Shown: in pieces, positions 17,694 through 25,938 of the stretch
Numbering within the stretch: position 1 is the first letter of the stretch
Layout: the number at the start of each line of letters is the position of its first letter
Assembly (NCBI GenBank): GCA_031549385.1
Contig: JAVBPW010000001.1
Span: 6,142 to 38,141 of the forward strand
Source: Alphaproteobacteria bacterium
Lineage (GTDB): Bacteria; Pseudomonadota; Alphaproteobacteria; Rs-D84; SZUA-605
Direction: 5' to 3'
DNA length: 32,000 nt
The notes under the pieces: model-generated
Databases searched by the model: none
What the model was told of the DNA's origin: nothing
Seen by the model: only the letters and a program-made list of their open reading frames with translations
Translations under genes and position numbers: made by a program

Positions 17694-18551
17694 TCAAATA
17701 TTGAAATTAGTTTTTGCTTGATAAAATGCTTTTTTTTCATTTGAATTTATAATTACTTTTCTTGATAAACTTCCAAAGTTTGATTCTAAGCCTGTTGCTA
17801 TTGCATCTATACAATCATCTTTATTATTTTGACGCTCTATTTTGAAAGATTCTAATTCTTCAACTAACACTGAAGTAGTCAGATTTGCTTTTATATAAAA
17901 ATATGATGAATATAAAAGTGGTTGAATGTTTCTTATTATTCTCTCATTCTTGTTTTGTGTTTGGACTACCTTCTTTATAAATATAGGATAATTCATAGTT
18001 TTTGCTGTTTGAATTATCATCTCTGATAAGAATGCACCTATTCCATTTGTTTCAATTACTAAGTTGAATAAATTGTTCTTTTTCATAAAAATTATTACCT
18101 CTTCACACTGATACTGCGCAGATGAATTTTCATCTTCTTTATTTAAACATTTCAAATCATTTATATAACAATTACTTTGATCATCTTTGAATATTGCTAC
18201 TACTATACTTTTATCACTTGTTGCTTTACCTAATGATGGATCCCATGATACACATCCGAAAGTTAAATTTCGACCATCCAAAAAATATTTTTGTATTCCA
18301 TTACTTTGAAATAACTCCACATCTTTGTTGTATACATTTATTAGTGAAGTATCAAAAAAAATATTGTCCGTTTCTGGGACAATAAGCAACATTTGTGAAT
18401 TAAATTTTAATGGACCTGAACGATGTGCTATTTCTTTACATTTTTTAGGTGAAAATCGTTCTGGCCAAACTGAATTTCCTTTTTCATCAAAAAGCGGTAT
18501 TTTTAATATTTCAAACCCTTCTAAGAAAGGTGGAGATTTTGAAACTAACAT
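17694..18551 (-). CDS. Terminase large subunit, C-terminal (nuclease) half as a separate ORF
   Basis: 285 aa beginning ...IPLFDEKGNSVWPERFS..IAHRSGPLKFNSQMLL, then VSWDPSLGKATSDKS (first acidic nuclease motif region) and NKDDCIDA near the end. It has its own AAGGA RBS and ATG, with a TAA directly upstream in frame. Confidence 0.8.
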   Translation of the reverse strand: MLVSKSPPFLEGFEILKIPLFDEKGNSVWPERFSPKKCKEIAHRSGPLKFNSQMLLIVPETDNIFFDTSLINVYNKDVELFQSNGIQKYFLDGRNLTFGCVSWDPSLGKATSDKSIVVAIFKDDQSNCYINDLKCLNKEDENSSAQYQCEEVIIFMKKNNLFNLVIETNGIGAFLSEMIIQTAKTMNYPIFIKKVVQTQNKNERIIRNIQPLLYSSYFYIKANLTTSVLVEELESFKIERQNNKDDCIDAIATGLESNFGSLSRKVIINSNEKKAFYQAKTNFNI

Positions 18552-18787
18552 TTATTTCCTTATTTTTGCGAATCCAAAATGCTTTATCAACCTTTTAAAA
18601 GGCAACTTATCTTTGTTTGAAATTTCAATGATTTATAAAAAAAAGAACCCGGGGCAACTTTTTTATAGGAGAGGAGGAAGGAGAAAAAGAGAATGCCTCG
18701 GGATTTTTTATATAGACTCGGAGCCTATACGGTTCACACTTTAAACACCTGATTCTAAATTGTCAAGCATAAAGTTTTCTTTAGTAT
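18552..18787 (-). other. 236-bp non-coding insert splitting TerL, carrying a promoter-like element and a long hairpin
   Basis: Stops occur in all minus-strand frames. TTGACA-N17-TAAAGT lies on the minus strand (18766-18738). An extended hairpin at 18648-18702 (CCCGGGGCA...TGCCTCGGG plus an inner T/A-run stem) has an apical loop that is CUCCUUCCUCCUCUCCU on the minus strand and GGAGAGGAGGAAGGAG on the plus strand. T-runs flank it on both sides. Confidence 0.6.
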
Positions 18788-19420
18788 TTATTTATTTGCA
18801 TATATTGTGTCATAAGTGTGTGGAGTACCTATATAAAGCTGTAAACCATTGGGATTCAATATAAAATCTAGTTCTGATAGAAATTGGCGAAGATTTTCTC
18901 TTTTTTCCGAATTATCGCTGTTTTTTGGCACTTCGCAGTCATCACATATTATTATATCAGCCCTGTAACCCGTTATATTTCCCATTACTGATGCTGAAAT
19001 TACAGATGGATCTCTTAATTCTTTAGTTCTTTCAACTGTAAAACAGTCTGAAGCCCATTGCTCTTTCTTTAATGGGACTAAATTTTGGGTTAAAGGATGC
19101 TTTTGTATAATATGTTTTATATTTCGTACCATTTTTGTTGCCAAATTTTGTTCACATGACAAGATTAATATGACTAAATTTGGATTTTTATATAAAATCC
19201 ATGCACAAAATAAACCAACTATTGATGACTTGCCTGAATTTCGAAAAGCCATCAATAATCCCTTTTTAGTTTGTGATGTGTGTATTTTTTCCAACCAAAA
19301 TGCTATTTGTTTATGATGATTTGGGGTTTTGAATTCGTTTTGTTTGTTAAATATATCTATAAATTCATAAAAATTTACTTTGATTGCTTGATTAGATATT
19401 TCCGTAATCTTCGCTTTCAT
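18788..19420 (-). CDS. Terminase large subunit, N-terminal (ATPase) half as a separate ORF
   Basis: 210 aa with Walker A-like AFRNSGKSS, Walker B ADIIICDD, and an end at LYIGTPHTYDTIYANK, where an uninterrupted TerL would run on into the nuclease domain. The ATG lies inside the 3' end of the fibre-like gene (29-nt overlap). Confidence 0.85.
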   Translation of the reverse strand: MKAKITEISNQAIKVNFYEFIDIFNKQNEFKTPNHHKQIAFWLEKIHTSQTKKGLLMAFRNSGKSSIVGLFCAWILYKNPNLVILILSCEQNLATKMVRNIKHIIQKHPLTQNLVPLKKEQWASDCFTVERTKELRDPSVISASVMGNITGYRADIIICDDCEVPKNSDNSEKRENLRQFLSELDFILNPNGLQLYIGTPHTYDTIYANK

Positions 19421-20054
19421 TGTAAGCTTCCATGATAGTTCCTAAATCTTGAGAAAGTTCAGGAAATTTTGCTTTTAATAAATCAATCATATTTACTACC
19501 AAACCATAACAACTTCCATCGTTTGAATTATTTAACAACTTTTTCATATCTTCAAATATTATTTTTATATCTTCATATGTTTTTTCAGCTGATAAACTTT
19601 CATCAAGGAAATCAATTTCTGAATTTACTAATCGTTTTGCTGTTTCATCCCAGACTATTGCTTTTTTTGCTTCTGCTTGAGGAAGAGTTGTTTTTATTTC
19701 ACCTTTTTCTGGATCATATTTAATACATTTCTTTAGCTCCTCATTTGTCTGTCTTATTAATTCAACTATGTAATCCATATCTAGATTTAAATCTTGAGCA
19801 GATATTACCCCATATTCTTGTAAATCTGTTTGGCGAACTATTTTTAAATTCCTTTTTATAACTATTTTACTATTTAATGCTGGTGGAATGGAAAATATTA
19901 TTTGCCCATAATCATCACTGAGCTCTGTATGGTAACCACCCTCTTGCTTTAATCCATTTATATAAATTTCTAAATTTTCTGGTTTAAAAACTTTAAAGTT
20001 AAATGAAAATTCTGTTGTTGTACCATTTGCTTTATATGTTACTTGATTATCCAT
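19392..20054 (-). CDS. Tail fibre protein, T7 gp17 N-terminal adaptor-domain-like, short
   Basis: 220 aa. VTYKANGTTTEFSFNFKVFKPENLEIYINGL....Y......G.IIF..P......I.IKR.....R.TDLQEYGVISAQDLNLDMD parallels the T7 gp17 N-terminus (LTYQLDGSNRDFNIPFEY...VVVTLIG...IELRRVT...VDFTDGSILRAYDLNV). A GGAGG RBS is present. Confidence 0.75.
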   Translation of the reverse strand: MDNQVTYKANGTTTEFSFNFKVFKPENLEIYINGLKQEGGYHTELSDDYGQIIFSIPPALNSKIVIKRNLKIVRQTDLQEYGVISAQDLNLDMDYIVELIRQTNEELKKCIKYDPEKGEIKTTLPQAEAKKAIVWDETAKRLVNSEIDFLDESLSAEKTYEDIKIIFEDMKKLLNNSNDGSCYGLVVNMIDLLKAKFPELSQDLGTIMEAYNESEDYGNI

Positions 20055-20544
20055 TTGTACCTCCGCTGATTATTGTAGTTGTGCTTTTTGTTGTCTTTGG
20101 CATTGCTGAACTTACTGTTGTTACTGTACTGCCTACTCCAGAAATTAGATTTCTTCTTTTTGACATTAAATTCTTTGATAATGTGTTATCTAAATCTCTT
20201 GTCAAATTTTTTGAACTTGCTTCATAGTCTTGTTGATTACTATATTGTCTTTTAGCAGATTCTTCTTTTATATTACTTAACACTGCTGATGAAGATTCTG
20301 AATCTATTTCAATTTGATTAGCTCCAAATCTTGCACTTTGTTCTGCTAATGTTCTTTTTAATAATGAATTTTCTGTTTCTTGTTGCTCCTTATAATTTCT
20401 GTCCAAAGCTTCTTTTTTAATCTCATAATCTTCCATTATTGTTTTCTTTTGTTTTTTATTTTCATCTGCATTTAAGGCTTGATCTATACCTTTAAATATT
20501 AAATCAAATCCTGTTGCTGCTACCGTTGCTGCTGCTGTTGCCAT
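20047..20544 (-). CDS. Hypothetical virion-associated protein (coiled-coil, Ser/Thr-rich tail)
   Basis: 165 aa with an AAGGAGG RBS. It occupies the position of the T7 gp13-16 internal proteins but is far smaller. I recognise no motif. Confidence 0.4.
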   Translation of the reverse strand: MATAAATVAATGFDLIFKGIDQALNADENKKQKKTIMEDYEIKKEALDRNYKEQQETENSLLKRTLAEQSARFGANQIEIDSESSSAVLSNIKEESAKRQYSNQQDYEASSKNLTRDLDNTLSKNLMSKRRNLISGVGSTVTTVSSAMPKTTKSTTTIISGGTNG

Positions 20545-20556
20545 TTAAAACCTCCT

Positions 20557-22446
20557 TTAAGATAGTGCTTTAATTTTTAGTGAAATACTTTGCATACAAA
20601 ATTTAAATGGTGCATCACTTTGTATTTTCCAAAGTGGAGTGTTTCCATTTGTTTTATATCCAAATGATGACATTACATAATTACCTGTGAATTCTGTTAA
20701 ACCTTTTCCATAACTACGTTGCTCCAGTTGTAATTTGTTTAATCCAAATCCTGTGTCTATTTCTAATATTGCTGATTCTTCTAATCTTATTGATAATTCT
20801 ATTAGTCTGTACTTTTTGTAACCACCGCCTGATAACTTAGTAAATGGAAATGGAACAATCGTATGTTTATATGGATAGCCTATACAATAACTTGAAACAG
20901 GTTCGTTTAAAATCATTGTACTTTCTTCTATTTTCTTTTTTGAATATATAAAATCATCAACTTTAATATAAATTTCTTCTCCTAAATATTCACTTAATTC
21001 ATAAATACCTGTTATACTTTGTTCTTTTGAATGTTCGTATTTTGCACAATCTAAATATAAATCGTCTTCAAATTTTTCCAGATAAAAGTTTTCATTTCTT
21101 TTAGTTATTACATAGGTATTATTATCTAATGTTGTTGAATATAAAAACTTCCCATATGTTTGATAGTTACTCCAAGATAAAACTTGATTCTGAGGAGATA
21201 CTGTTAATACTGCCATTTCTCCATTTGATAAAACTACATACAATTGTCTTTTAGACTTATTATAAGTCATATCAGTTGGATCTTTTATTAAATGTGAACA
21301 AAGTTGCGATAGATTGTTTGATGTATAATTTGCTACCACTTGTCCATATACAAATTCTCTGATTTCTTTTTTGTCTTTTGATACAAAAATTGTTGCTGAT
21401 TCTATTTGTAACACTGGTAAAAATCTCTCTGTTGGACTTCCTATTGCTGTTTGCTTCGATAAAGATACTGTTGATGGTGTTATCAAATTTGTTGGAACTA
21501 TCCATTCACCACTGTATGTTAAAATTTGTAAATGAAGGGCTGAAAATATTGTCTGAATTTCTTCCATACCTGAAGATAGGAGACAGAATTCTATTGCTTC
21601 ATCATCTAACCCTTGTCCGCAATCAAAGTTTCCATATGTAAAAGTTTTTGAAAACCATAACTTATTTGGCTGAGTTGGAGTTGCTCCAAAAACTAAACGA
21701 CCTTGATGAAAACATGAAGTTTTTGGATACCCTCTTGTATCAGAAAAAGCAGCCTCTTTGTATGAACCTTGAGCAATATTTTTAAATTGCTTTAAGACCT
21801 GAATGTTTGCTTTTACTAAAGAAATTATACTTATAATTTTAAAAGAACCTTCGTTAAATATAAATTCTTTATTAATCATGTCTGATGTAAAAAAATCTAC
21901 ATTAGATGTTATTGTTGTTGCCCCTGTTATTCCAGCCGGTGTAAATAAAACACTCTTTTTATCATCAAATTTATAATAAGGGTAAAGACTTGTTCCGTAT
22001 GTGTCTTGAGCGAACACAAAATTCTTAAACACAAAACCATAAGTTTTTTCATAGGTCAAAACTTTTGGATGGTGGTTTTGATGAGTGAAAATCATTTCTG
22101 ATAAATTCTGAGATGTTTGTATTTGATCGATTTCACTTTCTTTATATGGAGTTTCTAAAATATCAAATAACGCATCGTCTTTGTATAAATACATTAGACC
22201 TGGAAGTAATACTATTAGATAATTATCATTACTTTTTAATGTAAAACTGAATAATTTTCCCTTTTGTGGAAGTTTATGGACTAGTTTTAATCCGCCTCTT
22301 CTTTTTATTGCTCCACTCTCTGTTGTGTGAGCATTTTGTAAAACTGATACCCCGTTTGAATGTGCTGCTAAATCAGCACGAGATGTGTAACTTTGAGCAA
22401 GTTCTCCATTTAAGAAAGAGTTTTGTGTGTGTGTAAATATTGTCAT
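20557..22446 (-). CDS. Tail tubular protein B-like (T7 gp12-like)
   Basis: The track start (22452) is TTG. The ATG at 22446 lies 6 nt after AAGGAG. The N-terminus NSFLNGELAQ....RADL.....G...L.N......G.IKRRGG follows the pattern of the gp12 N-terminus (KNLKGGISQQPD..RYPDQ....NG........GLQKRPP). Its position after gp11-like also fits. Confidence 0.6.
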   Translation of the reverse strand: MTIFTHTQNSFLNGELAQSYTSRADLAAHSNGVSVLQNAHTTESGAIKRRGGLKLVHKLPQKGKLFSFTLKSNDNYLIVLLPGLMYLYKDDALFDILETPYKESEIDQIQTSQNLSEMIFTHQNHHPKVLTYEKTYGFVFKNFVFAQDTYGTSLYPYYKFDDKKSVLFTPAGITGATTITSNVDFFTSDMINKEFIFNEGSFKIISIISLVKANIQVLKQFKNIAQGSYKEAAFSDTRGYPKTSCFHQGRLVFGATPTQPNKLWFSKTFTYGNFDCGQGLDDEAIEFCLLSSGMEEIQTIFSALHLQILTYSGEWIVPTNLITPSTVSLSKQTAIGSPTERFLPVLQIESATIFVSKDKKEIREFVYGQVVANYTSNNLSQLCSHLIKDPTDMTYNKSKRQLYVVLSNGEMAVLTVSPQNQVLSWSNYQTYGKFLYSTTLDNNTYVITKRNENFYLEKFEDDLYLDCAKYEHSKEQSITGIYELSEYLGEEIYIKVDDFIYSKKKIEESTMILNEPVSSYCIGYPYKHTIVPFPFTKLSGGGYKKYRLIELSIRLEESAILEIDTGFGLNKLQLEQRSYGKGLTEFTGNYVMSSFGYKTNGNTPLWKIQSDAPFKFCMQSISLKIKALS

Positions 22447-22456
22447 TGCCAACTCC

Positions 22457-22858
22457 TTAATATAAAAATAGTGTTTGTGGTAAGTTTGTGTAATTGCTTC
22501 GAAGATCGAGATGTATAAATGTTTTTGCTATACCAACTGAAAAGCCTAAATTAAGTGCACACCTTATTAGCTTTGCATTTAAAATCCCGTTTTGTTTTGC
22601 TATATCAATTGCACAAGTTGCTAAATTTTGCTTTTCATCAAAAATGTGAAAACTGTTTTTTACTCCACCTATTTCTTGATTATAAGATAAACTTCTGCAA
22701 CATGAATTAACAATCATAGGATGTCCATAAAGCAATCTTAATTCTTTTAATTTTTCTGCAAAACTACAAGCTAGTATTCCGTCTTTTGATTTTTTACATT
22801 GAAGTTCCTTTATGGAAAAGAGAACTTTTCCATTGTCGTCTTTTATATCTTGTAACAT
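22457..22858 (-). CDS. Peptidase M15-family cell wall peptidase (endolysin-type)
   Basis: 133 aa. SCCRSLSYNQEIGGVKNSFH...CAIDI...FIHLDLR fits the M15A pattern (S.YRS...N...GG...S.H ... A.D ... H.D zinc ligands). Confidence 0.75.
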   Translation of the reverse strand: MLQDIKDDNGKVLFSIKELQCKKSKDGILACSFAEKLKELRLLYGHPMIVNSCCRSLSYNQEIGGVKNSFHIFDEKQNLATCAIDIAKQNGILNAKLIRCALNLGFSVGIAKTFIHLDLRSNYTNLPQTLFLY

Positions 22859-22859
22859 A

Positions 22860-23429
22860 TTAACCTCGGCAGTCTATTAATGAGAATTTAGTTATTTTTT
22901 CTGGGGTCTTTTGTTGAGCGTCTATTAGTTTTGCTAATCTTTCTTGGCTTATACAAACTTGGTTTAAGTAACTTGATTTTGCATGGTCTTCTGTTAATGG
23001 AAGACAAAATTCATAAGATAAAAAATCCACTAATAAATTTATGAAAAATGGAGGCATTTGACTTTCGTCAATATCCTGAATCACTTTTATTGTTACTATG
23101 TCTGAGTTTGCATAAAGTCGGTCTTTCATTATTTTATATGAAATGTCTGAAAAATTATCCCCTGCCCCACATGAAATTATCCTTAAAATATTTTTAGGTA
23201 ATAAATAGGTATATGAATAACCTTGAATTGCAGGTTCATCTAATGATGCTGGTTGAATTAAATTGCAAGCAAATGTCCATGGGTATGATGAAAGCAATTT
23301 TTGTTTTACTATTTTATAAAAAGATTTTGAAATTTTAGCTTCTGCTGTGTTTTGATTAAAATTTGATATTGTATTTGCACCTATTTTAAGCAATGCCATA
23401 GAGCAAATATCTATGTTTGTGTAATTCAT
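22860..23429 (-). CDS. Tail tubular protein A-like (T7 gp11-like)
   Basis: 189 aa, against 196 aa for T7 gp11. DICSMALLKIGANTISNFNQNTAEAKISKSFYKIVKQKLLSSYPWTFA parallels gp11 [46 protein letters not shown]. Confidence 0.7.
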   Translation of the reverse strand: MNYTNIDICSMALLKIGANTISNFNQNTAEAKISKSFYKIVKQKLLSSYPWTFACNLIQPASLDEPAIQGYSYTYLLPKNILRIISCGAGDNFSDISYKIMKDRLYANSDIVTIKVIQDIDESQMPPFFINLLVDFLSYEFCLPLTEDHAKSSYLNQVCISQERLAKLIDAQQKTPEKITKFSLIDCRG

Positions 23430-23452
23430 TAGAAATACTCCTTTTAAAGTTT

Positions 23453-23475
23453 AAAGGGGGCAAAAAGCCCCCTTT
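23453..23475 (-). terminator. Strong GC hairpin after the capsid and 76-aa genes (probable partial terminator)
   Basis: AAAGGGGGC-aaaaa-GCCCCCTTT, a 9-bp stem, is the most GC-rich hairpin inside the cluster. It sits between the 76-aa ORF and the gp11-like gene. Confidence 0.5.
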
Positions 23476-23477
23476 TA

Positions 23478-23708
23478 TTACATTGCTACTAATGTTACTG
23501 CTGTGTCAGTTACTGCTGAAACTGCTGCAATTACACTTTGATCACTTGCATTGATGAAAATAAAATCATTAGCATTAATTACTTTTGACATGTCTGCAAA
23601 ATATGTAGATGCCATTGTTACTGCTTTTGTATCTGTTGTTTTATAGTGCCACAATGTGAAGCCATTTGCATAGGCTAGTACGCTTAAATTGTTTGTTTTA
23701 AAAGCCAT
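23478..23708 (-). CDS. Small hypothetical phage protein downstream of the capsid gene
   Basis: 76 aa with an AAGGAG RBS and tight spacing after the capsid gene. I recognise no motif. Confidence 0.4.
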   Translation of the reverse strand: MAFKTNNLSVLAYANGFTLWHYKTTDTKAVTMASTYFADMSKVINANDFIFINASDQSVIAAVSAVTDTAVTLVAM

Positions 23709-23719
23709 AGTATTCTCCT

Positions 23720-24553
23720 TTATGCTACTATTGCTGCGTCATCTTTGCAGCTGATTTTTACTATTCCACTTTCGTCAATTACACATGAACCTTGGCTCAT
23801 TGAGTTTGATATGAAATGTGATTGGCGATCGCCTTGCCATGAAATGTCAGATTTTACTTCTGAACCTACAGCATGACCTATTGCTGTTTTATGATAAATA
23901 AAGCATTGGCGATTTCCTGAAATTAATGGAAGATTGTTGTGTAAAATCCAAATTACTCCCATCCATTTTCTTGCTTCACTTCCATTTATTAATGCATAGT
24001 TTTCACCACAATATTCTGATGAAGTGAATTCTTTAATGCTTAATAGTTCTGACCATTGATGAACACCTACTACACCAAATCTTTGACCGTCGTCTGGACA
24101 TGAAAGTTCATTCAATTTTTCAATTGCTTTCATAATCTTTTCTTTTGTTAGACCTTTTGTGTCCGCTGCTACTTCATTTGTTGCTTTTGAAAGTGCACTA
24201 ATGATTAATTCATCTGTTTTTCTTCCTAATGCATATGCTCCAGCTGAAGCTATTACTTTTCTTTCGTCTGTGTTTGTTTTTAATTCATCCATAGCATCGC
24301 ACCAATCGCCTGCATAAAAATCTTGCAAAACACATTCTATTGGTGTGTGTTGAATGTTCATTGTTGGAACTAACCCATGACGAGATTTTGTTGATGCTGT
24401 GCCTTTGCCTACTCTTTGGAATGTAGTTGAAGAACCTTTTACATCATTTTTTACTCGCACAGTGTTGCGTAGTTTTGTTCCGTATTGTTGATATTGCAAA
24501 TGTACATCTGCTTCAAATTGTTTGATAAATGCTTGATCTATTGTTAAAGACAT
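23720..24553 (-). CDS. Major capsid protein
   Basis: 277 aa, positioned after the scaffold gene. The N-terminal pattern F..QFEADVHLQYQQ.GTKLRNTVRVKN.V.GSSTTFQRVGKGTASTKSRHG is one I recognise from podovirus and prophage capsid proteins. An AAGGAG RBS is present. Confidence 0.7.
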   Translation of the reverse strand: MSLTIDQAFIKQFEADVHLQYQQYGTKLRNTVRVKNDVKGSSTTFQRVGKGTASTKSRHGLVPTMNIQHTPIECVLQDFYAGDWCDAMDELKTNTDERKVIASAGAYALGRKTDELIISALSKATNEVAADTKGLTKEKIMKAIEKLNELSCPDDGQRFGVVGVHQWSELLSIKEFTSSEYCGENYALINGSEARKWMGVIWILHNNLPLISGNRQCFIYHKTAIGHAVGSEVKSDISWQGDRQSHFISNSMSQGSCVIDESGIVKISCKDDAAIVA

Positions 24554-24642
24554 TCTTATTCTCCTTTAATTAATTATTTAATTGTCGACTTTATACCGGA
24601 GGGTGAGTCTTTATTTATTGTTATCCTTGCGGGCAATAGTTT

Positions 24643-25272
24643 TTATTTGTATAGTTTTTCAAATCCTTCTTTTACCTTTTGGCAAAATTCCGGATCATTT
24701 TCTTTCCAATATTTTGGATTATTCATTAGCTTCTTTAGTGAATCTAATGTTAATTGTTTTGATGGGGATGATGTTTCGTCTAAGATTTTAGGCTCTGATG
24801 AATTCAACATCTTATATAGTAATAATACTCCGTCATATGATGAAGCAAGAACTTCATATAAATCTTGAGATAGATTATTGTCTGCATATGTTTGAATTTG
24901 AGATGCTACTTTTTCCCAATTTTCTTGTCCACCAAAATAATTTTTTAAATTTTGTAATTGTGTTTGTTGTTTTAAATCAAATTCTGTTTCTTGTATCTTT
25001 GTATTTAAATTCTGATTCAAAATATCATGAACACATTTTGCTTGTGATTTTGTAAATTTATTTTCAAATAGTTTCTTACCTATAGCTTCATCTTGAAAAT
25101 CTAGTTCATATTCACTTGGGTCTTGAGGTAAATCTAAATTTATTTCTTCTTGATTTGATGTGCTTAGCTTTTTTTCTAAATCTTTATATGATTTCAATAA
25201 ATTTTTTGCGTTTAGTTGACCTGTTTCTTTATCCAAAAATTTTTCTGGTATCTTTATTTCTTGATCTGTCAT
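24643..25272 (-). CDS. Capsid scaffolding / assembly protein
   Basis: 209 aa, acidic and helical. The N-terminus IPEKFLDKETGQLNAKNLLKSYKDLEKKL is typical of phage scaffold proteins, and the gene sits immediately upstream of the capsid gene. Confidence 0.6.
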   Translation of the reverse strand: MTDQEIKIPEKFLDKETGQLNAKNLLKSYKDLEKKLSTSNQEEINLDLPQDPSEYELDFQDEAIGKKLFENKFTKSQAKCVHDILNQNLNTKIQETEFDLKQQTQLQNLKNYFGGQENWEKVASQIQTYADNNLSQDLYEVLASSYDGVLLLYKMLNSSEPKILDETSSPSKQLTLDSLKKLMNNPKYWKENDPEFCQKVKEGFEKLYK

Positions 25273-25280
25273 AATTGCTC

Positions 25281-25466
25281 CTATTTTAAATTTTCATCAA
25301 TAGATTTTCTTAAGAAAACTATCGAAAATAATGGGAAGATTGTGGAAAATAAATTAGCTAAATCTAAATCTCCTAATAAATATCCTGAGACTGCTGAAAT
25401 AATTCCTGTGATTGATACAAGGTATGTTTTTTTACCTTTTAACATTCCACCGTTTAATAAATTCAT
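25281..25466 (-). CDS. Holin-like small membrane protein (two TM segments)
   Basis: 61 aa with two hydrophobic stretches (YLVSITGIISAVSGYLLG and LFSTIFPLFSIVFL) and a charged C-terminus. It is adjacent to a cell wall hydrolase. Confidence 0.45.
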   Translation of the reverse strand: MNLLNGGMLKGKKTYLVSITGIISAVSGYLLGDLDLANLFSTIFPLFSIVFLRKSIDENLK

Positions 25467-25476
25467 TTTAATTCCT

Positions 25477-25938
25477 TTATATTTTGTAAAATAAATATTG
25501 TTTTATTTGAGTTTGGTAACCTTTTCCTTCTGCGAGTTCTGGAAATTCGTCTTCGTGATGGTAAAAAGTAGATCCAAAGGTTGTATCCTTTAAAATTCCT
25601 CGTAGCACTTTACCGGCTAGCCTTGAACATATTGCAAATTCAGGATTGGTTATTGTGGTACCTGGAAGTTTATTTTTTAATTTTTGATAAAAGTTTTCAT
25701 CTAAACAAATTGAGTCTATGGTTTTATTAGCATGATTTGAATTTTTAATTCTGTTTGCTATTGTGCATGCTATTGCTTCTTTTAAAATTAATGAAAGACC
25801 ATAAGATTCATGATATATGGTAAAGGCTAGTATAAATTGTTGGTGTTCTTTCTTTTGACAATCTTGAAGTAATATATCTTTATATTCTTTGGTTGCATTT
25901 GATTTTGTGAAATCACAAAATTTTAAACTATTTAACAT
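25477..25938 (-). CDS. SleB-like cell wall hydrolase
   Basis: 153 aa. AFTIYHESYGLS...EAIACTIANRIKN resembles the Hydrolase_2 (SleB) core motif (..Ea..e...g..AVa.vi.NR). Confidence 0.55.
   Translation of the reverse strand: MLNSLKFCDFTKSNATKEYKDILLQDCQKKEHQQFILAFTIYHESYGLSLILKEAIACTIANRIKNSNHANKTIDSICLDENFYQKLKNKLPGTTITNPEFAICSRLAGKVLRGILKDTTFGSTFYHHEDEFPELAEGKGYQTQIKQYLFYKI

Noticed and set aside
18325-18744. 139-aa plus-strand ORF crossing the TerL gap (ends ...RRGGRRKRECLGIFYIDSEPIRFTL)
   Set aside because: It is mostly antisense to the TerL nuclease half. The basic tail is just the translation of the purine tract in the hairpin loop, and there is no RBS.
18552-18787. Insert in TerL as a group I intron or intein
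   Set aside because: There is no open frame across it, so it is not an intein. I cannot find P3/P7-type conserved pairings or a plausible P1 with a U at the 5' splice site. The downstream half has its own RBS and ATG and lies in a different frame. At 236 nt it is at or below the lower size limit for group I introns. This is left open only as an RT-PCR check.
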